Sequence record: OP953026.1
Strand: one strand, 5' to 3'
Length of the DNA stretch: 64,000 bases
Shown here: piece after piece, positions 28,120 through 37,923 of the stretch
How positions within the stretch are numbered: position 1 is the stretch's first letter
Layout: each line of letters starts with the position of its first letter
Notes under the pieces: generated by a model
The model's input: the letters and a program-made list of their open reading frames with translations, nothing else
Databases searched by the model: none
What the model was told of the DNA's origin: nothing
Made by a program: the position numbers and the translations under genes

Positions 28120-28494
28120 ATGGATTCATTAAAAATACAAAATATTCTCTTATGCAATAAAGCATTCAAGGCGATTGTTGAGCATCCACTTCAGATTAAA
28201 TCTAATAGATCTACTAGTATTCAAGTATTAAATAATGAGTTGAATTATGGGTTGACTTATATCTTTCATGATACCGACTCTACTCGTACAGTTAAATTAA
28301 CAGTACGTTACGGTAATGTAGTAATCTCATTAGTGGATAGTAATAATAGATTAGAAAAAGAATTTACCTTTGATAATGAAGCTAACTATCAATTAATGGG
28401 TAAAATAGTTTATTGTTATTTACGTAAAAATAAAGATGATTATTATCGTGGATTAAGTGATAGTGGTTATCTACAATGGTTAGGGATAACTTAA
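28120..28494 (+). CDS. hypothetical protein (paralogue set A)
   Basis: 124 aa, AGGT RBS. Confidence 0.7.
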   Translation: MDSLKIQNILLCNKAFKAIVEHPLQIKSNRSTSIQVLNNELNYGLTYIFHDTDSTRTVKLTVRYGNVVISLVDSNNRLEKEFTFDNEANYQLMGKIVYCYLRKNKDDYYRGLSDSGYLQWLGIT

Positions 28495-28495
28495 T

Positions 28496-28858
28496 ATGAT
28501 ATTTAATAAAATCACTCGATCTATAAAAAGAAGGCGATGTAATAAGTCTGAATTAATTGAAATTAATGAACTTATCTTAAAAGCAGCTCGTCGTCAAAAC
28601 TATGATTTATGTCATCTGATTAGTTATCTTGGTGATGGTAATGATCCAGTAGTTATTGATATTTTAAAGAAAGAATATTCTGAAATATATGCCTATTATA
28701 AATCTGTATTTGACCCTGCTGATTTTGGTAAGAATTATAAAAATAAATTACATAATGATTTATTAGAGGCTATGACCAAAATAGATAAATTTAAAGAATT
28801 ATGTGAAAAACATAATATCGACTATTCACACATTGTTGAAGATGAAATACCTTTCTAG
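28496..28858 (+). CDS. hypothetical protein
   Basis: 120 aa ORF in a tight operon. Confidence 0.7.
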   Translation: MIFNKITRSIKRRRCNKSELIEINELILKAARRQNYDLCHLISYLGDGNDPVVIDILKKEYSEIYAYYKSVFDPADFGKNYKNKLHNDLLEAMTKIDKFKELCEKHNIDYSHIVEDEIPF

Positions 28859-28869
28859 GCGGAAATAAA

Positions 28870-29232
28870 ATGGAATTAATCAGTGTCAACTCAATGGCAT
28901 TATTCTTTGGTTTAATTGTAGCGCACTTCATCTTTGATTTTTCATTGCAAAATGATTTCATTGCAAAGGCTAAAAATCATACTACTGAACTAGGTTCACT
29001 ATATTGGAAATGGGTATTACCTGCACACAGCTTCATGCATGGTGGCGCAGTTTATTTCATTACTGGTTCATTAGTTTTAGGACTTATTGAAACAATTTCT
29101 CACTGCATTATTGATTATTTAAAATGTGATAATAAAATTACATTTAATCAAGATCAGTGGTTACACATTGGTTTTAAACTAATGTATACTTATCTAATTG
29201 TTTACGAAGTACCTTTCGTGATGTATGGATAA
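28870..29232 (+). CDS. DUF3307-like membrane protein
   Basis: AHFIFDFSLQ...AHSFMHG...SHCIIDYLK His/Asp motifs in hydrophobic helices. Confidence 0.7.
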   Translation: MELISVNSMALFFGLIVAHFIFDFSLQNDFIAKAKNHTTELGSLYWKWVLPAHSFMHGGAVYFITGSLVLGLIETISHCIIDYLKCDNKITFNQDQWLHIGFKLMYTYLIVYEVPFVMYG

Positions 29233-29243
29233 AGTTATATATT

Positions 29244-29270
29244 ACCCTCTCCTTCGGGAGAGGGTTTTAT
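29244..29270 (+). terminator. intrinsic terminator (UUCG loop)
   Basis: ACCCTCTCC-TTCG-GGAGAGGGT followed by TTTAT. Confidence 0.85.
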
Positions 29271-29374
29271 GTTTAATATTTTTTTTTATTAAGTTTTATT
29301 ACCCAATCTGATAGGGCTATAATGGAGTTTAGTCTTGTGGAAGTTTATAAAACCCTATTGGGAAGAGAACTACA

Positions 29375-29863
29375 ATGGTTATTACACATCAAACTGTAGA
29401 CCAAATAGATACACAAGTAAGTTTAGGTTTACCTATTGGCTACTATGGTGCTAATGATGATTTATCTACACTAATTAGGACGATTGGTGATTGGAATATC
29501 AGACCTATTGAAGAGCGTAGGACACCAGGTACAGGCTACATTGTAGCTGTCCCATCGAATACTCGTACACGAGTGATTTACACTGCTGGTCGCAAAAGAT
29601 GGCTAGAAGCATTAGATTTTAGCCCCGAATTAGCCGAGAAGTATATTCGTGCTTGTAGTGCAATAAAACGATGCTGGGACCACGATGTCGCAACCTTTGT
29701 CCTGACACATAATAAAATTAGCGACGAATTACTTAAAGAATTGATGAGTGTTGAGAATCCTAAAGCTGTACTCAACCACTACAAAATTCCTGTAAAGATT
29801 TCTAGAAATAGAATAATTGCAGCTTGTCAAATAATCTTCAATATTCGTGGACTAAAAGTCTAA
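29375..29863 (+). CDS. hypothetical protein
   Basis: 162 aa, GGAAGAG RBS. Confidence 0.7.
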   Translation: MVITHQTVDQIDTQVSLGLPIGYYGANDDLSTLIRTIGDWNIRPIEERRTPGTGYIVAVPSNTRTRVIYTAGRKRWLEALDFSPELAEKYIRACSAIKRCWDHDVATFVLTHNKISDELLKELMSVENPKAVLNHYKIPVKISRNRIIAACQIIFNIRGLKV

Positions 29864-29953
29864 TACTTTTATAGGAGAGAACCGCCATGGTTCTCTCTTT
29901 TTGACGTAAGTGCATTATTGTTATGATAAGACTTTCGTACAAGGAAAACTACT

Positions 29954-30385
29954 ATGTTACTTTTTGTTGATACAGAATTTGATACGCCTACTGGTACTCT
30001 TATTTCACTTGGTATTGTTAGTGAAGATCGACGTTGTGAATTCTACGAAGTTCTACCATATGACAATATTGAAGATGAATGGGTTAAAGAAAACGTTATT
30101 CCTATTCTTCAAAAAGAACCAATCTCTTTAGAAGAATTCCATGATAGACTAGCCAAGTTTCTTGGTCAGTTTGCTCGATTACATTTTATAGCTAATCATG
30201 TTAACGATATGGTTTACACTGGTAAAGCTATGGATATGGGTAAAGGTAAACAAGTTGTTGAGTTACCAACTATATTTGAATTAAATCATGAGCTAAGTGG
30301 AAAAGGTTCTAAAATGCTTCACAACGCACTATTTGATGCTCGTGCAACCCTAGATGACTGGGAGCGTTTAAATGGTGTGAACTAA
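29954..30385 (+). CDS. standalone DEDDh 3'-5' exonuclease (Rv2179c/DUF5051-like)
   Basis: ExoI motif FVDTEF, LISLGIV, and C-terminal HNALFDAR. Confidence 0.8.
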   Translation: MLLFVDTEFDTPTGTLISLGIVSEDRRCEFYEVLPYDNIEDEWVKENVIPILQKEPISLEEFHDRLAKFLGQFARLHFIANHVNDMVYTGKAMDMGKGKQVVELPTIFELNHELSGKGSKMLHNALFDARATLDDWERLNGVN

Positions 30386-30404
30386 CCTTTTTGGGATAGC
30401 CATC

Positions 30405-31064
30405 ATGACTAATACCTTTGAGAAGATGTCAGGCGACAAAGATAGAAAAAGTCGTCCAGAAATCGTACTGCGTTTGCTGATCGCAACCAGTTTTCCTCAA
30501 TCCGTTTTAGCCGATTTGACTTTTGATATTACTAAGCAAGTTGGTATTACTGATAACGATGAATTAGAGAAGATTGCTAATGACATGCGTGATGTTGAAC
30601 GTAAGTTTGACATGACTGATTTCGTTAGATGTATTGATCTACGTCGTAATGGTAATGACGTAAATATAACTGTTAATTGTTGGGATTTTGATCCACGTGC
30701 TAAAACTATCGAGGATCGTGCGGAGAACCATGAATTCCTGGCAAACAGTAATATTACCTTACATTCACCAGAAGCAGATTTTAATGATCCACGTGAACTG
30801 GCTAGTAAATTAGTTGGACTATTTTTTCGTAGCAAGATAGGTCAAAAGCCATCAGCTAGTAATTTTACTAAGGGATGGAAAATTCTTAGTAAACCAATTA
30901 GTAAATCTAAAAATACAGGTGATATAGAATCAATCGATCTAGTTGATGCTATTGAACTAGTAGCTCAGAGTTTAGCTAAACGTAGGTTTAACATTAAAAT
31001 TACCACAAGCGCTATTTTATTACTTGATCAGAAAAGACGGTTATTTAATATAACGCGTGGTTAA
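30405..31064 (+). CDS. hypothetical protein
   Basis: 219 aa ORF ending at a convergent terminator. Confidence 0.7.
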   Translation: MTNTFEKMSGDKDRKSRPEIVLRLLIATSFPQSVLADLTFDITKQVGITDNDELEKIANDMRDVERKFDMTDFVRCIDLRRNGNDVNITVNCWDFDPRAKTIEDRAENHEFLANSNITLHSPEADFNDPRELASKLVGLFFRSKIGQKPSASNFTKGWKILSKPISKSKNTGDIESIDLVDAIELVAQSLAKRRFNIKITTSAILLLDQKRRLFNITRG

Positions 31065-31069
31065 AACAA

Positions 31070-31103
31070 CATAATGCCCTCCCATTGCGGGAGGGCTTAT
31101 GCC
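31070..31103. terminator. bidirectional terminator
   Basis: GCCCTCCC-ATTGC-GGGAGGGC between convergent genes; near-identical to the 2638 hairpin. Confidence 0.8.
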
Positions 31104-31104
31104 G

Positions 31105-33054
31105 TTAAACTTTTACAAGTTTATCATTTTCTATTTTCCAATTAGCATGGAAAGAAATTGGTTGACCAGTGGTCTCATCAAGAATGTCACCAGTCTTTAA
31201 CCTATTTTTAATAGCTCGGTTATTTCCAAAGAATGGAACTAGTTTAGCTACTGTTACATCAGCTAATCCTGGATCTTTCATTACATACCAGCCAGGTGTT
31301 GAAGCCAGTTCATCATACTGGACAACTTTAGAAGTATCTGCAAAGATAACAATATCACCATGTCGTCCGTTCTGGACACGTTGTGATAGTTTACCCCATG
31401 TGGAGTTATTATCATAAACATATACATTAGCTGTATTTAATGTCTCACCAAGGAATGTACGGCGTAATGCAGTCAATACTATTGGTTTTATATTAATGTT
31501 ATTCTTATATGCATTCTCTACACGATACATATACTTGGTCATGCTAAGATTAATATATTCATAAATTTTAGCTTTACTTATCCCTTTATAATCATCCCAT
31601 GCCATTGTACCTATAAGGGATGCTTCATTATAAAGAGAAGCAGGTTTTGAACTAAGTACCACCTGATGCTGCATTGTGTAAGTATAAGGTACACGTACGT
31701 TAATACGTATCTGATCATTATCATGGATTAAAAGAGTTGATCCATGAGTTATCAGATCCCACTGAGTAATGCCCTGACTAAATAAGAATGATCCAACTAA
31801 ATAGCCATTTATTTGAATATCGCCTAGATAATCCTGATGGTCAGTACCATTTGAGTAACCTAGATTAAGATCAAAATAACGCTTAGCTGTTAGTATCTGA
31901 GTAGTATCAATAGCTTGGCCATTATCACGTGCAACAAAGATACCATCATCTACACCAACTTGGAATCTAAATGAAATAGCATACGGTTTATTAGGATTTT
32001 CAGATGTCGTACAAAGAAAATTGTAAATGTACTCGCCAGTATGATCGAAGGTAAATTCAGGAATATCTTCTTTGTTATACGCTGGGAAAGTAACAAGCTT
32101 AATCTCACTTTCACTTGAATCACCTTTGATAACAAAGTCAGTTACTTGACCATTACCAATAGATTTATTCATACCTGTAAACAAACCAGATGATGCAGCT
32201 TTTGGTGACCAGCTTAGCATCTGATTTACAGTATATTGAACATCTGACCTATCAACAACACCAGAGAAATAAGAACCAAAATTAAAGGCTAGTCTATTAG
32301 CGGTAAATGCAAAACTACCATTATTTTCTTTAGCATCTTCAATATTAGTGTAATCTCTTGAAGCAGAATCAGTTATAACAAAGATACCATTACCCGATTT
32401 ACGCCAAGTAGCTAGATTATCAATAGTCGCCTGACTCACTCTTTCAGGAGTTAATGCACCAGTATTATGATCTTTAGTAGAGAATAGAATACATGCATAA
32501 TACTTATTAAGATCTGTTAAAGTAAGGTCTACTGTGCCACCCATCATTTCTGGGTAATAAACATCATAGGTAGAATCTTGTACACGAGCAGCCGTATCTA
32601 GTATCTTTTTAAAACCATTACCTGACGTATTGAGGACTGAATAAGGTTCACTAGGATTACTATCTGTGATTACTAAGAATTTCTTTCCAGTTGATTCGTA
32701 CTTACTACCATTCCTAATAAACCCAATAGCATTATAAAAATATCTTACCCATCCCCATAGATCTTGAGGGTTTGTTGTATTAGCCGGAATTTGGTAAGTA
32801 TCATAGTTTAAATTATAGAATTTTGGAAAACTACAATCATAAAGAACATTACCAGTGCCATCTTGCACAACAGCAATAAATGGACTACCACCTGTTGCAG
32901 GGTCACCATCATAAGCAATGTATTCAGAGAGCACCGGAGGTAACTCCGGGCTCACTGTATAATACACCTTCTGAATATCTGAACTAAAGTTAAATTTAAC
33001 TTTAGAGTTTAGTGCCACAGGACCCGGCACTTGCGACGGGACAATAGAAGGCAT
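31105..33054 (-). CDS. virion structural protein, phiKZ gp201-like
   Basis: 649 aa, beta-rich, AGGAG RBS; in an operon with the virion helicase as recalled for phiKZ. Confidence 0.55.
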   Translation of the reverse strand: MPSIVPSQVPGPVALNSKVKFNFSSDIQKVYYTVSPELPPVLSEYIAYDGDPATGGSPFIAVVQDGTGNVLYDCSFPKFYNLNYDTYQIPANTTNPQDLWGWVRYFYNAIGFIRNGSKYESTGKKFLVITDSNPSEPYSVLNTSGNGFKKILDTAARVQDSTYDVYYPEMMGGTVDLTLTDLNKYYACILFSTKDHNTGALTPERVSQATIDNLATWRKSGNGIFVITDSASRDYTNIEDAKENNGSFAFTANRLAFNFGSYFSGVVDRSDVQYTVNQMLSWSPKAASSGLFTGMNKSIGNGQVTDFVIKGDSSESEIKLVTFPAYNKEDIPEFTFDHTGEYIYNFLCTTSENPNKPYAISFRFQVGVDDGIFVARDNGQAIDTTQILTAKRYFDLNLGYSNGTDHQDYLGDIQINGYLVGSFLFSQGITQWDLITHGSTLLIHDNDQIRINVRVPYTYTMQHQVVLSSKPASLYNEASLIGTMAWDDYKGISKAKIYEYINLSMTKYMYRVENAYKNNINIKPIVLTALRRTFLGETLNTANVYVYDNNSTWGKLSQRVQNGRHGDIVIFADTSKVVQYDELASTPGWYVMKDPGLADVTVAKLVPFFGNNRAIKNRLKTGDILDETTGQPISFHANWKIENDKLVKV

Positions 33055-33064
33055 TTCTCACTCC

Positions 33065-33535
33065 TTACGGGGTATACACGGGAATATCAGCCGTCTTAAT
33101 AGGTGAGTCAACTCGAATATAATAAGTGATTGGTACAGACAGGCTATACCCACGGATATTTAAAATCCCTGTAGATGAATCGAGATCCCAACCAATACTA
33201 GCAGAAGCGCTAATAAGCTTACCACTAGTAGGACTAGTAGTTTCAGGGTCGATAATCTTGAGATCAACGATGGCTGTAGCCAGAGTATAATCACCCATAG
33301 AAGTAATAACTTTGGAAAGATCATAAGTAACTACATCTCCTGGGTTTAATGTACCAGTTTGAAATAGAATTGGTTTTAAACCAGTACTAGGACCTGGACC
33401 AGGGCCACCACCAGATTCTAGGATGGTTGTTACTTTGTCAACCCACCTTAAAATCGCATTATACATTTCTTCACTGGTGGCTTCAGGCCCAAGAATAAGA
33501 TCTTCACCAGTATTAGATGAATGTGGATCAGACAT
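33065..33535 (-). CDS. virion structural protein, phiKZ gp202-like
   Basis: 156 aa with a GGGPGPGP linker and an AGGAG RBS. Confidence 0.55.
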   Translation of the reverse strand: MSDPHSSNTGEDLILGPEATSEEMYNAILRWVDKVTTILESGGGPGPGPSTGLKPILFQTGTLNPGDVVTYDLSKVITSMGDYTLATAIVDLKIIDPETTSPTSGKLISASASIGWDLDSSTGILNIRGYSLSVPITYYIRVDSPIKTADIPVYTP

Positions 33536-33546
33536 TTCTGTCTCCT

Positions 33547-35658
33547 TTAAAACCGCATATATGCGGGCTGATATGGTTTATACATACGTGTATCAAAGTC
33601 ATTAAAATCAATTGCGATATCATACTTCTCAAATGATTCTTTTAGCATCTGATAAATGATTTTATTTTCATCAAAATTATTATTTTTATCAACATAACTT
33701 TCTAATGACTCTGTGATCTCAAATGGAGATTTAATACCCATAATAGCTTCAACCATTGCCTGACTCCATTTTAGAATGTCATCTGACCTTGTTGAGATAT
33801 TCGGTTCATCTTCTGTATCGAGAGTACATTGATATACGACTGTTTGTGAATCCTGACCTTTACGGTAAATTCGAGCAATAGCTTGTTCTAGAATGTAATG
33901 CCTAAACGGTGAATTAATTGTCACCATAGTATCAGCCATCGTCATACGGACCGCTGTTGAAAGGGAAGCATATGTAGCTACCAATGGATTTAATTTAGGG
34001 TCTTTCTCAAATCTACTGATTATTTGAGGTAAATTGTCATTGGTTTTACCATACACCACCGCCGGATGCATACCTAATTTATTGGTGTACTTATCAACAG
34101 TATCAACAACCTCAACAAACGATGTAAATGCAATCGTTTTCTTCATAGTTGATTCAGTGATACCAACCCAGTCAATATACGGTACCATGTCCACATGGCA
34201 CTGAATGCGTTTAGCACCTAAAACCCTTCCCAAACATTCACCTTGTATCTTTAGCATAACGTATTTTATAACTGATTTAATATCTCTAAAAGCAGCTATT
34301 TCATTACGAGGTAAAGTTGGCTCTATAAACATTTTTTCATATTGGTTAGATTCTTTAATTTCTTCACCAATGTATCGCGGGTCTTGATTCTTCTGAATTA
34401 TTTTAATCAAATTCTTATAGCGAGCGAAACCATCTTTCTGCGCCTGGGTCTTAAGAGAGTTCTCGTGTATCGCCATTAGTTTAGCCCAATACTTCTCATC
34501 TTCTGGTCGGCGCGCAGCATAGAACTTTACACGTTCTCTAATAAAAGCTTCACAATCACGTTTAATGGCATTAAGAGTATACTGTGATCCATTTGGTATC
34601 TTGATACGATACGCTTTTATCCTCGGTGGTAAAACCTCAGTATCTTTCTTTTCAATGACGTACGCAATTAACCCAAAGCGATGTTGGACAATATCTAATC
34701 CTTTCTGTGTCTCTTTTCCAAATGCTTTCTTAAAACGTTCTTCAACCTCATTGGTGAAGAGATCGTCTAATACTCTTAATGCACTTACTAATTCAGAACC
34801 AAGTGCTTTAACAGGGGTACCTGACGCTAATAATCTGTTATTAGAGTTAGACATAAAACATATTTGCTGGAACTTAAGAGATTGTGCAGAATTAGGATCG
34901 TTCATATTGTGTGATTCATCCAGAATCACCGTAATGTTCTTACCTTTGAATATACCGCTTCTTAATAGATCAATTATTTTATCTTGCGCCTGGTAATGGG
35001 ATATAAGTATTCTTTGACCGTTGTAGGCTTTATCATCAATGGTCGACCATACTTTTTGTCTTTCCTTATACATCTCAATAATAGATGGCTTCCATATTAG
35101 ATCAATAGACTTCTTTTCACAAACAACTATAATGATATCCGACTCAACCATTTCAGCAATAGCCATCGTCATGAATGTCTTACCAGTACCAGGTTTACCT
35201 GCAACAATATCACCACGTAAACCATACTGGTCAATTCGATAATTATAATTTTCAAAATAAGCTTTTTGAGACTCATCTGGTGTAAATGTCAATTTGTCTA
35301 ACATCTTGAAATTGAGTCTACCTGGTACAGAGTTGGTATCTACAGGACGAGTATTTTTTAACCAGGTATATTGAAGCATTGCTTCACGGATGGCATTAAC
35401 AGTTTTAATAGAGATGTATCTACTTCTATAATTCTTTACTGCTTCTAGCATGTAATATATTTCAGGAGCAAAGAATTTATAAAATGAAATACTACGACGA
35501 CTAACCGTGTTAAATAACTGCGTAGCTAATTTAGTGGTTCGCCAATACTTGTTAATATCTCTAATGAATGCAGCACCATCAAAACCACTGATGATAATTT
35601 CTTGATCAGTTTCAGTAATTGATAGCGAGCCCATTAGCTTCCTAAATGAGTCTATCAT
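33547..35658 (-). CDS. SF2 (SNF2/DEXH-like) helicase, phiKZ gp203-like
   Basis: Walker A GKPGTGKT, ILDESH, ASGTP and motif VI EQAIARIYRKGQ. Confidence 0.88.
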   Translation of the reverse strand: MIDSFRKLMGSLSITETDQEIIISGFDGAAFIRDINKYWRTTKLATQLFNTVSRRSISFYKFFAPEIYYMLEAVKNYRSRYISIKTVNAIREAMLQYTWLKNTRPVDTNSVPGRLNFKMLDKLTFTPDESQKAYFENYNYRIDQYGLRGDIVAGKPGTGKTFMTMAIAEMVESDIIIVVCEKKSIDLIWKPSIIEMYKERQKVWSTIDDKAYNGQRILISHYQAQDKIIDLLRSGIFKGKNITVILDESHNMNDPNSAQSLKFQQICFMSNSNNRLLASGTPVKALGSELVSALRVLDDLFTNEVEERFKKAFGKETQKGLDIVQHRFGLIAYVIEKKDTEVLPPRIKAYRIKIPNGSQYTLNAIKRDCEAFIRERVKFYAARRPEDEKYWAKLMAIHENSLKTQAQKDGFARYKNLIKIIQKNQDPRYIGEEIKESNQYEKMFIEPTLPRNEIAAFRDIKSVIKYVMLKIQGECLGRVLGAKRIQCHVDMVPYIDWVGITESTMKKTIAFTSFVEVVDTVDKYTNKLGMHPAVVYGKTNDNLPQIISRFEKDPKLNPLVATYASLSTAVRMTMADTMVTINSPFRHYILEQAIARIYRKGQDSQTVVYQCTLDTEDEPNISTRSDDILKWSQAMVEAIMGIKSPFEITESLESYVDKNNNFDENKIIYQMLKESFEKYDIAIDFNDFDTRMYKPYQPAYMRF

Positions 35659-35724
35659 TGCATTTTTCCTTAAGGGGTATGTAAATATAACTCTAAGTCA
35701 TAAGATTAGCTAACGAATAAAAAT

Positions 35725-35925
35725 ACGCACAGTGCAATGATATAGAGCAAGGCAGTTTGCGTAAAACGCACTGCACTTTAAGGGGGTGATCCAGTCGTAA
35801 ATAAACCGGGGTACTAAAGTATCGTCAGGAACGACACGAACCCCAACTACGGTGCCTTGCTACTCACCGACCTCTAGATAGGGGTCGGACCTATTACATT
35901 AAAGGAGCCCACCAGGGGCTCCTTT
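35725..35925 (+). ncRNA. candidate structured non-coding RNA
   Basis: GC-richer intergenic stretch with multiple nested complementary segments, a 9-bp hairpin and a terminal terminator (see findings). Confidence 0.5.
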
Positions 35926-35927
35926 AT
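35901..35927 (+). terminator. intrinsic terminator
   Basis: AAAGGAGCCC-ACCAG-GGGCTCCTTT. Confidence 0.75.
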
Positions 35928-35944
35928 GCCATTCATTATAAATT

Positions 35945-35963
35945 AATTTAAATCTATATTACA
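35945..35963 (+). promoter_or_regulatory. early promoter
   Basis: TTTAAATCTATATTAC (TATATTAC 35955-35962). Confidence 0.75.
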
Positions 35964-36008
35964 GGATTACCATAAAGATATTTATCCTTTTATAATGAGG
36001 AAAAGATT

Positions 36009-36404
36009 ATGTCCGATATTAATAGCACCAATGTAACAGATGAATTAGTACCTTATTTTCCATCGGCGGATGCCATTACTAGTTCTACTATTAGGGATGA
36101 AGTAATTCCTAATATTTTGTTATTCTACAAGAATGCTTTTAGTGACTTCCAACACGTTAGTAATATCACAGGTACTAACCAGATTGCATCAGGTTATTTA
36201 CCAGGTGTAGGTTATTATTTCGAGTATAGTGTTACCGGTAATGCTAATCTTATTCCACCTGAAGCAATTAAAGTATTACGTAATGTAATCACTAAAAATG
36301 GATATAAAGATGACATTACCATCACACCAAAAGGTTTTGGCCTAATCAATTGGTTCATTGTAAGAGTATACGTAGATGAGCAAATTAAGAAGACTACTCA
36401 ATAA
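36009..36404 (+). CDS. hypothetical early protein
   Basis: 131 aa, GAGGA RBS, first gene after an early promoter. Confidence 0.75.
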   Translation: MSDINSTNVTDELVPYFPSADAITSSTIRDEVIPNILLFYKNAFSDFQHVSNITGTNQIASGYLPGVGYYFEYSVTGNANLIPPEAIKVLRNVITKNGYKDDITITPKGFGLINWFIVRVYVDEQIKKTTQ

Positions 36405-36552
36405 AGAATTAGAAAAAGAGTTAGTTAAAAAACTAGATTTTCTAGAACGTGATTTTAGAGCTATAAAAGAAGTTATCAAAACTGGAAAATATCCTGATCC
36501 TGTTAATCCGAATCGCAGACAAAGTGATTATGATTTATCTTTTAATAATTAA
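36376..36552 (+). CDS. small protein (58 aa), not in the ORF track
   Basis: MSKLRRLLNKELEKELVKKLDFLERDFRAIKEVIKTGKYPDPVNPNRRQSDYDLSFNN*; fills the gap in the operon. Confidence 0.55.
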   Translation: MSKLRRLLNKELEKELVKKLDFLERDFRAIKEVIKTGKYPDPVNPNRRQSDYDLSFNN

Positions 36553-36568
36553 CCTATAAGAGGATGCT

Positions 36569-36970
36569 ATGGAAATCACATTTCCATCTGTAAAAGAAGT
36601 AATGACAACTGATCCAGCATTTATTGATTTGGTTCTGAAAAGTAAATTACTTACTATCCGTAAAGCAATGATTGATGTTATTCGAAACATTGAGAATACA
36701 TCACTAGCATCTAGTAGGCTTGTTAAACAGAAAAGCTATCCATATCAAACTACTTTCGAACTTGTATTTAACCCAAAGGTTTTTAAATGGTTTGATAAAA
36801 CAGATGCTATCAATATTAAAAATATTCTTCATGCTGAAGTAGTTAACCAGGATTGGGAGAGTATTGATATTTCTTATAATGGTAGGGATATACATGGTTT
36901 TGAAAAAGTGACTATTGTATTAACTCCTATGAAAGATGAAGCTATTAAATATGATCTTTCAAAAGCATGA
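36569..36970 (+). CDS. hypothetical protein
   Basis: 133 aa, GAGGA RBS. Confidence 0.75.
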   Translation: MEITFPSVKEVMTTDPAFIDLVLKSKLLTIRKAMIDVIRNIENTSLASSRLVKQKSYPYQTTFELVFNPKVFKWFDKTDAINIKNILHAEVVNQDWESIDISYNGRDIHGFEKVTIVLTPMKDEAIKYDLSKA

Positions 36971-36984
36971 ATTAAGATAACATA

Positions 36985-37016
36985 TACCCTCCCCTTTATT
37001 GGGGAGGGATTATTTA
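36985..37016 (+). terminator. intrinsic terminator
   Basis: CCCTCCCC-TTTATT-GGGGAGGG followed by ATTATTT. Confidence 0.75.
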
Positions 37017-37212
37017 CTCATATGTTTAATAGAATAAGGACTCTACCTTGGAATAATGCTAATGCTCTTCACCAGAGAAAAGAGATATATAGATAGACGT
37101 ATTACACATTATCAGGTTGAGTAGTAAATTAAAACAACCAATAATACGTTATTCAATATTGAAATAGTTGTTATAAAACATTTATATTAATCTAATACAG
37201 GAAATAAAGAAA

Positions 37213-37923
37213 ATGGGTGATTATGTATATTTAGAAACTCAAGCTAAAGTAAATAATGAATGGATTGGTATCGAAGATATTGAACTAACACAGAATTATG
37301 ATCTTTATGCATATCTACTTGATATTCGCAATTATTGGGATGTAAAACCATTTGCTTACCATAATGGTGTTCCTGATGATCTGAAAAAGAAACCAGAATG
37401 GTGGAGTAGTTATGATGATGATCCACGCTGTGATGCATGGATTAGTGGTGAAGCTATTCTAAAAGGTATGAGTGAGCTTAAACCAGTTACTAAAACAGTA
37501 TATATGAGTCTATATACTTATATGTCCTGGGATCGTATGTCAGAACCAGATTGCTATTCACGGTATAGCCCACGTCTTGTAACAGATGAACCAAAAATTA
37601 ATAAAATCTCTCAAAAACAATTACAGTATTATAAGAATTTAACTGAAAGTTTTTATTCTCTAAACCTTAAAGCTAATTATGATTGGAAGGTTATCGACGG
37701 TCGGTTACAACGAGTCGGGCCTAAATGTGGTAAGAATCACCTACGTAATCTACGTCGAGTATCGCGTTATCTATCTTTCTGCAATGTTCCTAATGAACCT
37801 ATCAAAGTAACTTATACACTCACGGCTGATCAACAGCGAAAAGAATTTAAACCTTTTATTTATCAAGTCCGAAATGCCGTTCTTAAGTACGGTGATATCC
37901 GTCTTCTAATGAGGGTTAGATAA
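37213..37923 (+). CDS. conserved phage protein (MG.D...NY.L..L..IRN family)
   Basis: 236 aa. N-terminal MGDYVYLE...QNYDLYAYLLDIRNY...GVPDD pattern. Confidence 0.7.
   Translation: MGDYVYLETQAKVNNEWIGIEDIELTQNYDLYAYLLDIRNYWDVKPFAYHNGVPDDLKKKPEWWSSYDDDPRCDAWISGEAILKGMSELKPVTKTVYMSLYTYMSWDRMSEPDCYSRYSPRLVTDEPKINKISQKQLQYYKNLTESFYSLNLKANYDWKVIDGRLQRVGPKCGKNHLRNLRRVSRYLSFCNVPNEPIKVTYTLTADQQRKEFKPFIYQVRNAVLKYGDIRLLMRVR

Noticed and set aside
35725-35740. c-di-GMP-I riboswitch-like ACGCACAG.GCAA
   Set aside because: Only the first few nucleotides match; the GAAA tetraloop/receptor and P2-P3 architecture are absent.
35781-35915. tmRNA or tRNA (GGGGGTGA start and a CCACCA at 35909-35914)
   Set aside because: No T-arm (TTCRA) or acceptor-stem pairing and too short; the CCACCA lies in a terminator loop.
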